A stretch of DNA of 64,000 nt from an uncultured Mycoplasmatota bacterium (GTDB lineage Bacteria > Bacillota_I > Bacilli_A > RF39 > UBA660): contig UQSR01000003.1 of the NCBI GenBank assembly GCA_900543825.1, positions 825-64,824 on the forward strand. Reading direction: 5' to 3'. Positions 18,160 to 27,179 of the stretch are shown piece by piece. The notes under the pieces were generated by a model, which saw nothing but the letters and a program-made list of their open reading frames with translations, did not search any database and was not told the origin of the DNA. Both the position numbers and the translations under genes were made by a program. The first letter of the stretch is position 1, and each line of letters opens with the position of its first letter.

Positions 18160-19926
18160 TTACACCTCATATTCACAAATAATTTCATCATATCTTTTCT
18201 TTAATATTTTAAGTTCTTTTTGAATCTTTTCTTTAATATTTTTATTATTAACTAGATTATTATGTTCAAAAGGATCTTTTTTAATATCATATACTTCTTT
18301 TATTATATTATCATCAAATTTCTTATCAATATAAATATCCATGATAATATCATAATTATCAGTTCTAACGCCTAATATAATAGGCCTTCTTTTAACATCT
18401 GGACATCCACCACCCATATATTCAAGTAAGGCATAATTATCACCATTATATTTAAGTAAACTTTTTCCCTTAAAATCTTTTGGAATAGGAATATTAGCCA
18501 AATCTAATAATGTTGCCGGAATATCCTTGGTAGAACAATAGTTTTTAATCATTTTATGCTTAATGCTTTTATCATAAACAATAAATGGCACATTATAATT
18601 CTCTCTATAACTAGATATTACATATTTTTCTCTCACAGGGGAAAAATAATATGAAAAGCCATGATCTGCAGTTATTACCACACTGGTATTATTCAATAAC
18701 TTCTCGCTTTCTAAAAAATCAAATATATTTTTAATAATATTATCACAGTACATTAAAGATAAATCATATGCTATACTTCCCTTATAATCTTTTGGTATAT
18801 TATTCAAATAATTATCTATTCTTTTGAAATCACTGTCTATAACATTTATATCATTAGTATCATAAGTAAAGAAATTTTCTGTATAGTGAGCATCATCAAT
18901 ATGGACATAACTCATCCAATTCTCATTTTCATTATTTTTTATCCATTTAAATAATTCTTGTGACACAGTATAAAATGATCTTTGAGCTTTAAACTGATCG
19001 TAATTTGCGCCTATTCTTTCATATAAATCTTTATCAAATAATGAATTCTTATATCCTGCTAATACACCTTTAGTAGTAGAAAAATTTCTTTTTAAAACAG
19101 AGTTACACACTTTCTTTAAAGGTAAACTATTATTTAATAAATTATATTTAAAATCTAAACTTGCTATTTTTTTAAAGGTATTTTCATATTTATTCATAAC
19201 TATATTTCTTACATCAGCACTATGTACCTTATCAGTCATCTTATATGTCTTAATTTTAAATAAAGGATGTTCTTCCTTTAATCTTAAAAGATTTTCTAAA
19301 TACTTATATTTATCTTTCTTAAAAATATCATATTCGTTATTTAATAATTCAATATCATTTTGAATATTAGTAATATCTATGCAATCATTTAACATAACTG
19401 TTTCTTCATTATTAGTACTAATTTTTTTGAAATAAATCATCCATGCTTTAAAATTATCTTCTAACATACAAGCAAGCATTTTTTCTTCTTCTTCAGTTAA
19501 TTTATCATTTGCAAATATTTCTGAAAAATATTTAAGTCTATATTCCCAAAGTTGTACAAATTGAAACCCTTCTATATATTTTTTCTCATCATATCCTTTT
19601 ACCATACAAGATGGATATATGCTAGGATAATAAGTATTAAAGAAAACCCTATATCCATGTTTTTGAAAGAATTCTAAAACACATTTGCTAGTTTTTAATC
19701 TTTCCATATATCCACCATTATCCATAGTGTCAACAGATGCTAAAAGACTCATTAAAGCAGCTTCGGTATAAGGTGCTTCAGAATACATTTTATCACCCGA
19801 TATTGACTCATTCCTAAGTTTACTTAAAAATGGTGCTATCTTTTTTGAATTACTTTTATTAAACAAAACATCATTGGTAACAGAATCTATAACAATAAAC
19901 AATATATTTTTTTTCATATTACTCAC
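18160..19926 (-). CDS. Soluble alkaline-phosphatase-superfamily (sulfatase/LtaS-like) phosphotransferase or hydrolase
   Basis: 588 aa with no N-terminal TM segment. It has the metal/nucleophile motifs ILFIVIDSV, EAPYTEAALMSL and ITADHGF. Confidence 0.6.
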   Translation of the reverse strand: MSNMKKNILFIVIDSVTNDVLFNKSNSKKIAPFLSKLRNESISGDKMYSEAPYTEAALMSLLASVDTMDNGGYMERLKTSKCVLEFFQKHGYRVFFNTYYPSIYPSCMVKGYDEKKYIEGFQFVQLWEYRLKYFSEIFANDKLTEEEEKMLACMLEDNFKAWMIYFKKISTNNEETVMLNDCIDITNIQNDIELLNNEYDIFKKDKYKYLENLLRLKEEHPLFKIKTYKMTDKVHSADVRNIVMNKYENTFKKIASLDFKYNLLNNSLPLKKVCNSVLKRNFSTTKGVLAGYKNSLFDKDLYERIGANYDQFKAQRSFYTVSQELFKWIKNNENENWMSYVHIDDAHYTENFFTYDTNDINVIDSDFKRIDNYLNNIPKDYKGSIAYDLSLMYCDNIIKNIFDFLESEKLLNNTSVVITADHGFSYYFSPVREKYVISSYRENYNVPFIVYDKSIKHKMIKNYCSTKDIPATLLDLANIPIPKDFKGKSLLKYNGDNYALLEYMGGGCPDVKRRPIILGVRTDNYDIIMDIYIDKKFDDNIIKEVYDIKKDPFEHNNLVNNKNIKEKIQKELKILKKRYDEIICEYEV

Positions 19927-20765
19927 CTATCTTTTTTGATATACTGATTATATGGCAAATTAAAATCAAGAAAATAAGGTGTATGTTCTCTAGCCTTTAT
20001 TTGTTCTTTAGAAGGTATTTCCATATAGTTTCCATAAATATTTCTTAAATATTCATCGGTTTTTTCCGGAACAGGCAACTTAGTATCCTCAAAATCAATA
20101 TATATAGGTTTTCCATATACACTTTTTTCTAATTTATTTTGTTCAAAACCATCCCCATCAGCAATTGAAACCCAATACTTACTACTATTACAATCATATT
20201 TAAAACATCTTTTAGTCGTATATTTAAGTATTCTCTTTCTTCCAAAAATTTTCAAAATAACATTAAATATACCCCTAAGTACTTTATTATTAATAATATT
20301 TTTATTAGCAGATAACATAAAAGCCCTATTTATTTTTAAAATCCCTTCCTTAAATTTATTTTCTGGACAACCAACTATAGGAAAAACATCAACATATATG
20401 GAACGAACTATATCAATATCCTTATTACCTTCCTCAATCAAAGTAGTAGTTATATCTCTTATTTTAGAAAAAGATAAATAATAATCTTTTTCTTTATCAG
20501 GTGTTTGTACATAATATTTATTTTTATCAAGTTGCTGTTCACAAACTTCTAAAAACTTAACATAGTTATCATACGTCATTCCTATATCAAAATCATCATC
20601 CCAAGGAATAAAGCCTTTATGTCTTATAGCTCCAAGTGCTGAGCCATATAAAATATAATATTCTATATTATTCTTTTTACACACATCATCTATATCTTTA
20701 ACAATATCTAATATTTTTAATTGTAACTTTCTTTTATAATCTTTTTCTAGTTTCATCTTTTGCAC
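19923..20765 (-). CDS. licD: LicD-family phosphotransferase (transfers phosphocholine or a related phospho-head-group from a CDP/CMP donor)
   Basis: It has the LicD signature YILYGSALGAIRHKGFIPWDDDFDI. 280 aa. Confidence 0.85.
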   Translation of the reverse strand: MQKMKLEKDYKRKLQLKILDIVKDIDDVCKKNNIEYYILYGSALGAIRHKGFIPWDDDFDIGMTYDNYVKFLEVCEQQLDKNKYYVQTPDKEKDYYLSFSKIRDITTTLIEEGNKDIDIVRSIYVDVFPIVGCPENKFKEGILKINRAFMLSANKNIINNKVLRGIFNVILKIFGRKRILKYTTKRCFKYDCNSSKYWVSIADGDGFEQNKLEKSVYGKPIYIDFEDTKLPVPEKTDEYLRNIYGNYMEIPSKEQIKAREHTPYFLDFNLPYNQYIKKDR

Positions 20766-21821
20766 CTACTCAAATTCTACAGTTTCTTTAACATCATTAT
20801 TTATTTCATAAGGAAAATTATATAAATACTTTTCCAATTCTCTTTCAATTATCTTACTTTCTTCTTGATATTCTTTTTTTCTAAATAATTGTGTATTTTT
20901 TATTGATATATCAGGATCAAATCTTGATTTCTTGTTTATATGATCTTTACTAGTAAATCCTAAAAATTTTGTTATTCTCTTTACTTCATCATCATAATTA
21001 TATATTAAATCTTCAAATCTAATTCTTAATACTTTATTAGAATTACATTCTTTTTCACTTTCTCTCATTTTCTTATAAAAAGAACAAAACTCATTTACAT
21101 CAAGTGGAAAAGGTACACAAATTTGTTTCTTTTGCCAAATATATTTATTAATTATAAATACATCTCTAGGATCCCTTTCTACTGCTATAGCTTTTAATCT
21201 ATCATCAAAATAATTATCTACTCTAAATAAATTAAATGGTAATAAAAATTGATCTAATATTATATTCTCTTTTCCTTTTGACACTACATCTATTATATCA
21301 TAAATATATTTATGAGACTCTTCATAAAATTTTTCTGAAGTTATATATGATATTCTCATACCATCAGAATACTTTAAAACTTTATTAAATTTGACTTTAT
21401 TACCAGTTAGTATTTTAATCGGTTTTCTTATCAATAATTTTAAAAACATCTTAGTATTTACTTCTTCATGTGTATACCAATATCCAGGAAAATTAAACTG
21501 TTGAATACGTCCTATATATTCTTCTGTCATTTTCATAAAATTTGGACTAATTATTTTTTGATAATTTCCTACCCACCAAAATTTCTTATTATATAATTTA
21601 TTCATCTGAGTTTCAAAGCTACGAATCGCCTCGTCACTTCTAATAGCATTATTACCAATTAATAATTTATCTTCCAAATCAAATAAACCATTTGGACAAT
21701 GTAAAAGTACATATTCATAGCTCTTATATTCATTCTGGCAATCTTTAAATTCGGAAATTAAATCCGTAATAGCGGATGATCCACTACCCATATACCCCAT
21801 TGGCACTATAATTCTTTTCAT
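20766..21821 (-). CDS. Sulfotransferase-like protein (putative)
   Basis: An N-terminal P-loop-like GYMGSGSSAITDL, an internal AVERDPRDVFI and RFEDLIYNYDDEVKRITKFLGF resemble the PAPS-binding 5'-PSB and 3'-PB regions. Confidence 0.45.
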   Translation of the reverse strand: MKRIIVPMGYMGSGSSAITDLISEFKDCQNEYKSYEYVLLHCPNGLFDLEDKLLIGNNAIRSDEAIRSFETQMNKLYNKKFWWVGNYQKIISPNFMKMTEEYIGRIQQFNFPGYWYTHEEVNTKMFLKLLIRKPIKILTGNKVKFNKVLKYSDGMRISYITSEKFYEESHKYIYDIIDVVSKGKENIILDQFLLPFNLFRVDNYFDDRLKAIAVERDPRDVFIINKYIWQKKQICVPFPLDVNEFCSFYKKMRESEKECNSNKVLRIRFEDLIYNYDDEVKRITKFLGFTSKDHINKKSRFDPDISIKNTQLFRKKEYQEESKIIERELEKYLYNFPYEINNDVKETVEFE

Positions 21822-21822
21822 C

Positions 21823-23286
21823 TTACTTTCTACCTACTTTCAATTTACCTTTAAATTTATCTAAAATAAATAACAAATTATTATCCTTCTTTATATATAA
21901 AACAATAAAATACATTAAAGAACATATAATAACAATAACAATAATATTTATATAAAAGTTAAGCTTTAAACTTCTAATTATAAGAGAAATCGGAATAAAT
22001 AACAAACTAAGTAATATATAAGTCATATTTTTCTTACTAAATACTTTAACATCAATATTCATCTTTTTTCTAGCGTATGTATAATGAATAATAAATATCG
22101 TTAGCTCTACTAATCCCGTAGTAGCAAGAGCTGTTAATGGACTAAATATTTTAAACAATACCAACAAATAATTAATTATTAAATTACTTATTCCACATGT
22201 AAGTGATACTTTTAGTATTCTATCTTCCCTATTATTAGGATACATTACCAAATTATTCATAACAGATTCCAAAGATATAAATATTCTAGTTATGCAAGCA
22301 ATCATAAGCGGAACTATAGCCATCAAATATTTTTTCCCAGCATAAAGTATTATAGCCTCTTTTGATAAAACAAATACTCCCAAACACATTGGCACAATTA
22401 TAAAAATTAATGATGATATAGAATTATTTAGCTTTTCTTCATATATTTCTTTACCTTCATTCTTTAGTAAATAAGACAATCTAGGAATCGATACATTTAT
22501 AATAGAATAAGGAATAGCGGATAATGTACTAATCAAATAATAAGCCGTATAATATACAGTTACAGAAACACCGCTTACATATCTTCCAAGCATTACTCTA
22601 TCCAATTGACTATATAAAAGATCAGCATTGGTTATAACAAGGACAGCAATTAAAGGTTTTATATACTTCTTTATTTGTATTTTAGAAAAATCAAAAGATA
22701 TTCTATGTTTAGCATAAATAAAGCTAATAATATTATTTAAAAAATTAGTTAATGATACTATTACAGCATATATCACAATATCATGGGGATTACGAACCGC
22801 TAATAATATAGCCAAAAAATAAATGATTTTAACTATAATTGATTTTATAGTTATAAATTTATAATTTTCAAGAGCCTCATTTACAAATTCAACATAAAAA
22901 ACATTCGCAATTATTTGTATAGACATCACTAAATATAATACTTTAGCTAATCCCGTAGAAGTAATCAAACTAAATATTAAATAAATAATTAAAACAAGCA
23001 TATTAGATAAAAATGATATAACAAATAAATTAGTAAATAATTTTGACACCTTTTCTTTGTCATTTCTTATTTTACTTATTTCCCTAACGCCTAATGTATA
23101 AACGCCAAAACTTGCAAACGCTAAAAACATTTGAAAGTCGGCAAAAACTCTATTATATAATCCATACAAATCAACATCCAAAAGTCTCATAATATATGGT
23201 CCAATTACCAGTGGTACCACTATATTAACCATACTTAACATTGACTTATATATTGTATTTTTAAATAATGTATTTTTCTTTTCCAT
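21823..23286 (-). CDS. Wzx-type oligosaccharide flippase (MOP superfamily)
   Basis: 487 aa with about 12-14 TM helices. Its position is typical for a Wzx/Wzy-type locus. Confidence 0.75.
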   Translation of the reverse strand: MEKKNTLFKNTIYKSMLSMVNIVVPLVIGPYIMRLLDVDLYGLYNRVFADFQMFLAFASFGVYTLGVREISKIRNDKEKVSKLFTNLFVISFLSNMLVLIIYLIFSLITSTGLAKVLYLVMSIQIIANVFYVEFVNEALENYKFITIKSIIVKIIYFLAILLAVRNPHDIVIYAVIVSLTNFLNNIISFIYAKHRISFDFSKIQIKKYIKPLIAVLVITNADLLYSQLDRVMLGRYVSGVSVTVYYTAYYLISTLSAIPYSIINVSIPRLSYLLKNEGKEIYEEKLNNSISSLIFIIVPMCLGVFVLSKEAIILYAGKKYLMAIVPLMIACITRIFISLESVMNNLVMYPNNREDRILKVSLTCGISNLIINYLLVLFKIFSPLTALATTGLVELTIFIIHYTYARKKMNIDVKVFSKKNMTYILLSLLFIPISLIIRSLKLNFYINIIVIVIICSLMYFIVLYIKKDNNLLFILDKFKGKLKVGRK

Positions 23287-23345
23287 TTTATCACTCCATG
23301 TGCTAATAATATTTTACCATATTTTTCTTATTTTATAAAGAAGTA

Positions 23346-24371
23346 TCATATTCTTATCTTTTTTATTATATACTTATTTATTATTTTATATATAGCAGTT
23401 ATAATCATTGATAAACTTATTGATAGAATAAAAACCAATGGTACTATCTTAAAATATCCTACAACACTAAAGAAATTTAAATTTTCAAAATAATTATAAT
23501 ATAAGAAATTATCAACAATCCAAGATACTAAATACATACCAAATGATAATTCAGATATTTTCACTATTATTTTTTTAATATTTATATTTAACTTTGTTAA
23601 ATCAAGATTTATTATAAATAAGAATATCAAACTAGATGTAAGAACATTAAAAATACTTCCCCAATCATTAAGTATACATCTAATAAAAGTAGTTCCTTTA
23701 GAAATATAAATATTTATAAATGACGATATAACTAAACAGATTAAAAATAATAATATATTTTTTAATGATTTAATATTTACTTTATATTCTTTTAAATAAC
23801 AACCTATAAAATAATAAGTAAGTGGATAAATACCAGTCCACCAATCTGGAATTAAAGAATATTTTATATTAAATATACCTTGAAACGAAGTTAAAATAAG
23901 CATCGTCATTATCAAAATTTGCTTTTGCTTTCTTGATTTCAAATTATTATATATAAGATTAATAAATGGTATAAGTAAAAATAATCCAATATACATTTCA
24001 ACATACCAACTATAACCTATTTCAAAATTTAATATATTATAAACAATATGTTTTATATCCATTTGCTGATTCAAATATAAAATGTTATAGTTCAAATACA
24101 ATACCGCATCTAATAAATAAATTATAAGTACTCTACTTATCCCCAAATAATATTTTTTACTTAATGTCTTATTCTTCATCAAATAACCAGTAGTTATCAT
24201 AAAAAGTGGTACGCATATCATAAATAAAGTTCTAAAAAATACTGCTATATACATATCATTTCCCGATATAGTTTTGTCATAAAATCCCGTATTAGCAAAA
24301 AAATGTACAGATATTACTGAAAATACTGCAATACATTTTATTAAATCAATATTTATATTTCTTTTTCTCAT
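23346..24371 (-). CDS. Acyltransferase family 3 membrane protein (putative glycan O-acetyltransferase)
   Basis: 341 aa with about 10 TM helices. The N-terminal NIDLIKCIAVFSVISVHF is typical of acyltransferase_3 proteins. Confidence 0.7.
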   Translation of the reverse strand: MRKRNINIDLIKCIAVFSVISVHFFANTGFYDKTISGNDMYIAVFFRTLFMICVPLFMITTGYLMKNKTLSKKYYLGISRVLIIYLLDAVLYLNYNILYLNQQMDIKHIVYNILNFEIGYSWYVEMYIGLFLLIPFINLIYNNLKSRKQKQILIMTMLILTSFQGIFNIKYSLIPDWWTGIYPLTYYFIGCYLKEYKVNIKSLKNILLFLICLVISSFINIYISKGTTFIRCILNDWGSIFNVLTSSLIFLFIINLDLTKLNINIKKIIVKISELSFGMYLVSWIVDNFLYYNYFENLNFFSVVGYFKIVPLVFILSISLSMIITAIYKIINKYIIKKIRI

Positions 24372-24445
24372 AACTACTCACCCTCTGCTATCATAAATAA
24401 TTATACAATATTTTCTTAGCATTATCAAGGTATATAAAAAGAATA

Positions 24446-26263
24446 TTACTTTTTATCGTAATATTCTTTAATACTTTGAATAAAATAGTCATTTTCTTCT
24501 TTCGTTTTAACAGCTATTCTTATATATTCCTTATCATCAAATCCATTCTTACCATTTAATACTTTAATAAGAATCTTATTATTATCTAATAAATATTCAG
24601 CAATTTCATTAGCGGTACTCTTATTTAACTTAATCATAAAATAATTAGCTTCTGAATCATAAACATCTAATTCACTAATTTTAATTAACTCATTATAAAA
24701 TCTATTTCTTTCCTCTTTTATTTTACTACATCCATATGCATAATCTTTTTTATATATCAAAAATATTTGTAAGAAATACTCTGCAAAAGAATTAATATTC
24801 CATACTGGCATATTTCTATTAATAATATCAAGATATTCATGATTACCACTAGCAAGCACGCCAAGTCTTAATCCAGGTACACCATATGATTTGCTTATAC
24901 TCTTAATAACAATTAAATTAGGATATTTATTTAATATATCATCATTTATTAAAGTATAACTATCATTAGCAAAATCAATAAATGATTCATCAAATATTAC
25001 TTGCTTATCCATTTCTTTAGCCATATCTAATAATTCTATAACCTCACCATATTTCAAATGAGAGCCACTAGGATTATCAGGAGAAATAACAATTAATGTA
25101 TCAACTTTATTTAATGTTTCTTTTAATTTATTTAATGATAAACGATAATTATCATCTTTACTATTTATATAAGTAATCTCACTATTTGGAAAACATCTAA
25201 CATATTCATTAAATGACGGTATAGTAAGAGCAATTTTCTTACCTACTATATATTTCAAATTATTAATAAGTTCAGCAGCACCATTTCCTATTAAAATATT
25301 ATCATCACTTACATTATCAAACATTCTACAAGCACAAATTCTTTCAATACTTTGTCCAGAAGGATAATTAAATAATAACTTATCATAAAAATATTTCATT
25401 TTATTAATCATAGCTTCTGTAGGAAAATATGGATTAACTAAATAGCAATAATCTTTTATACCATTAAATCTCCAGTATCCACCAAATCTCTTATGAAATA
25501 ACTCTAGTTTTTCATGCGTACTAGGGGCAAACATAGCTTTAACAATATCATAATCTTGACAATCATCTATTTCATACCAAAGTTCATTAGTAAGTGGAAG
25601 ACCATATAAATTAGTATCCTTAAGTTCACTAATTACCTTAAGTACTAGCTCATAATAATCATTATTTCCATATGCCTTAATATATGACTCTAAAAACGGA
25701 AGATAAAATCTTTCAGAAAAATCTTTACTAAATTTATAGATATTAACTGTTTTATAATAACTATCAACATCATCATAATTAAAATCTTTTCTTTCTACAA
25801 AGGAATTAATAGTATTATCATCATTTAATTTTACTACTGTTCCATCCATCCATTCCTCATATTTAGCTATTAAAGCAGCACTCTCATATTTAGAATTAAC
25901 TAACTTCTTAATTATAGACTTATCATATATTAAATCAGACTCCAATAATATAGTATCATCTTGTATAAGATAATCTTTAGCCAAATAAAGCGAATAAATA
26001 TTATTAGTAGTATCATACACATCATTATCAACATAAGTAATATTAATCTTCTTATCTAACTCTTTTTCTTTAATAAATTTTTTTACATTATCTTTTTTAT
26101 ATCCAAGTACCAAGATAAAATCTTTAATACCAGCTTCTAACAAAGCATCTATTGCTCTTTCTAGCAATGTTTCTCCATGTACATCAAGCATACATTTAGT
26201 ATTGTTCTTAGTATATTTTCCTAATCTAGATCCTTTACCAGCTGCTAACATTATTGCTTGCAT
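24446..26263 (-). CDS. Bifunctional LicC-type nucleotidyltransferase (N-terminal) fused to a class I/II PLP-dependent HisC/CobD-like enzyme (C-terminal)
   Basis: The N-terminal part has LAAGKGSRLG, NNIYSLYLAKDYL and WYEIDDCQDY (LicC-like). The C-terminal part has ISPDNPSG, FDESFIDF and SISKSYGVPGLRLG (the PLP-Lys motif). Confidence 0.75.
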   Translation of the reverse strand: MQAIMLAAGKGSRLGKYTKNNTKCMLDVHGETLLERAIDALLEAGIKDFILVLGYKKDNVKKFIKEKELDKKINITYVDNDVYDTTNNIYSLYLAKDYLIQDDTILLESDLIYDKSIIKKLVNSKYESAALIAKYEEWMDGTVVKLNDDNTINSFVERKDFNYDDVDSYYKTVNIYKFSKDFSERFYLPFLESYIKAYGNNDYYELVLKVISELKDTNLYGLPLTNELWYEIDDCQDYDIVKAMFAPSTHEKLELFHKRFGGYWRFNGIKDYCYLVNPYFPTEAMINKMKYFYDKLLFNYPSGQSIERICACRMFDNVSDDNILIGNGAAELINNLKYIVGKKIALTIPSFNEYVRCFPNSEITYINSKDDNYRLSLNKLKETLNKVDTLIVISPDNPSGSHLKYGEVIELLDMAKEMDKQVIFDESFIDFANDSYTLINDDILNKYPNLIVIKSISKSYGVPGLRLGVLASGNHEYLDIINRNMPVWNINSFAEYFLQIFLIYKKDYAYGCSKIKEERNRFYNELIKISELDVYDSEANYFMIKLNKSTANEIAEYLLDNNKILIKVLNGKNGFDDKEYIRIAVKTKEENDYFIQSIKEYYDKK

Positions 26264-26267
26264 AAAA

Positions 26268-27179
26268 TCACTTCCTTACCTTTTTATAGCAATCATAACT
26301 TTTATCTATTTGTTTTAGTTCATTAAATGTATCTATTTCAATAATATCTCCATCATGACATTCTCTTACATGTATTTTATAATTATTCTTACATACATCT
26401 AAAATCACTTGTTCCCAATATTTTTCTTTTCCACCAGGCATATTAAATACTTTATCAATATCACTTTCTATCTTCTTACCATCATCTTCATTATAATATG
26501 ATATTCCATACATTTGATAGCAGTTATATCCTCCTAATTTTTCTTTAGTAATAATACCATTTTTACTTTCAAAGCACCAATCATCAGTTACGTCTACTTT
26601 CTTACCCAAAAAATTAGAATAATATTCATATTTTCTTATAATATCAGGATTATATAATACTAAATCAGATTCCAATACATAACTATTTTTAAACTTATCC
26701 TTTACCATATATGCAGAAGAAATATTATTCATTTCATTATATTTATCATTATATACAAATTTTATATTTGGATATTTTTTTAATAACACTTCAAATTGTT
26801 CTCCCAAATATCCTGTTACAATTATTATTTCTTCTATTTCAGCTCTTACCACAGCATCAAGCAAAGTTTCTATTATTCTCTTTCCATTTACTAATACCAT
26901 TGGTTTAGGTGTATTTAAAGTTATAGGTACCATCCTAGAACCAAAACCAGCCGCTAAAAAGATAGCCCTTTTTACCCTATACGGCTCTAATGAATGCAAT
27001 CCATCTTCACTTATCAAATTATTTTCATCAATTAATCCCCTATTTTGAAGATCCATTACTACTTTATTTACAGTACCTAAAGATAAATCTGTTAATTTTG
27101 ATAATTCTCTTTGCGATAATTTCTTTTTTTCTTTTTCAACACATGTTAATATTTCAAACTCATTATATGTTATATCCAT
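26268..27179 (-). CDS. Winged-helix HTH domain fused to a LicC-type cytidylyltransferase
   Basis: Residues ~1-65 (KLSQRELSKLTDLSLGTVNKVVMDLQNRGLI) form a MarR-like wHTH. The rest (FLAAGFGSRMVPIT...VTGYLGEQF...NNISSAYMV) is colinear with pneumococcal LicC. Confidence 0.75.
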   Translation of the reverse strand: MDITYNEFEILTCVEKEKKKLSQRELSKLTDLSLGTVNKVVMDLQNRGLIDENNLISEDGLHSLEPYRVKRAIFLAAGFGSRMVPITLNTPKPMVLVNGKRIIETLLDAVVRAEIEEIIIVTGYLGEQFEVLLKKYPNIKFVYNDKYNEMNNISSAYMVKDKFKNSYVLESDLVLYNPDIIRKYEYYSNFLGKKVDVTDDWCFESKNGIITKEKLGGYNCYQMYGISYYNEDDGKKIESDIDKVFNMPGGKEKYWEQVILDVCKNNYKIHVRECHDGDIIEIDTFNELKQIDKSYDCYKKVRK

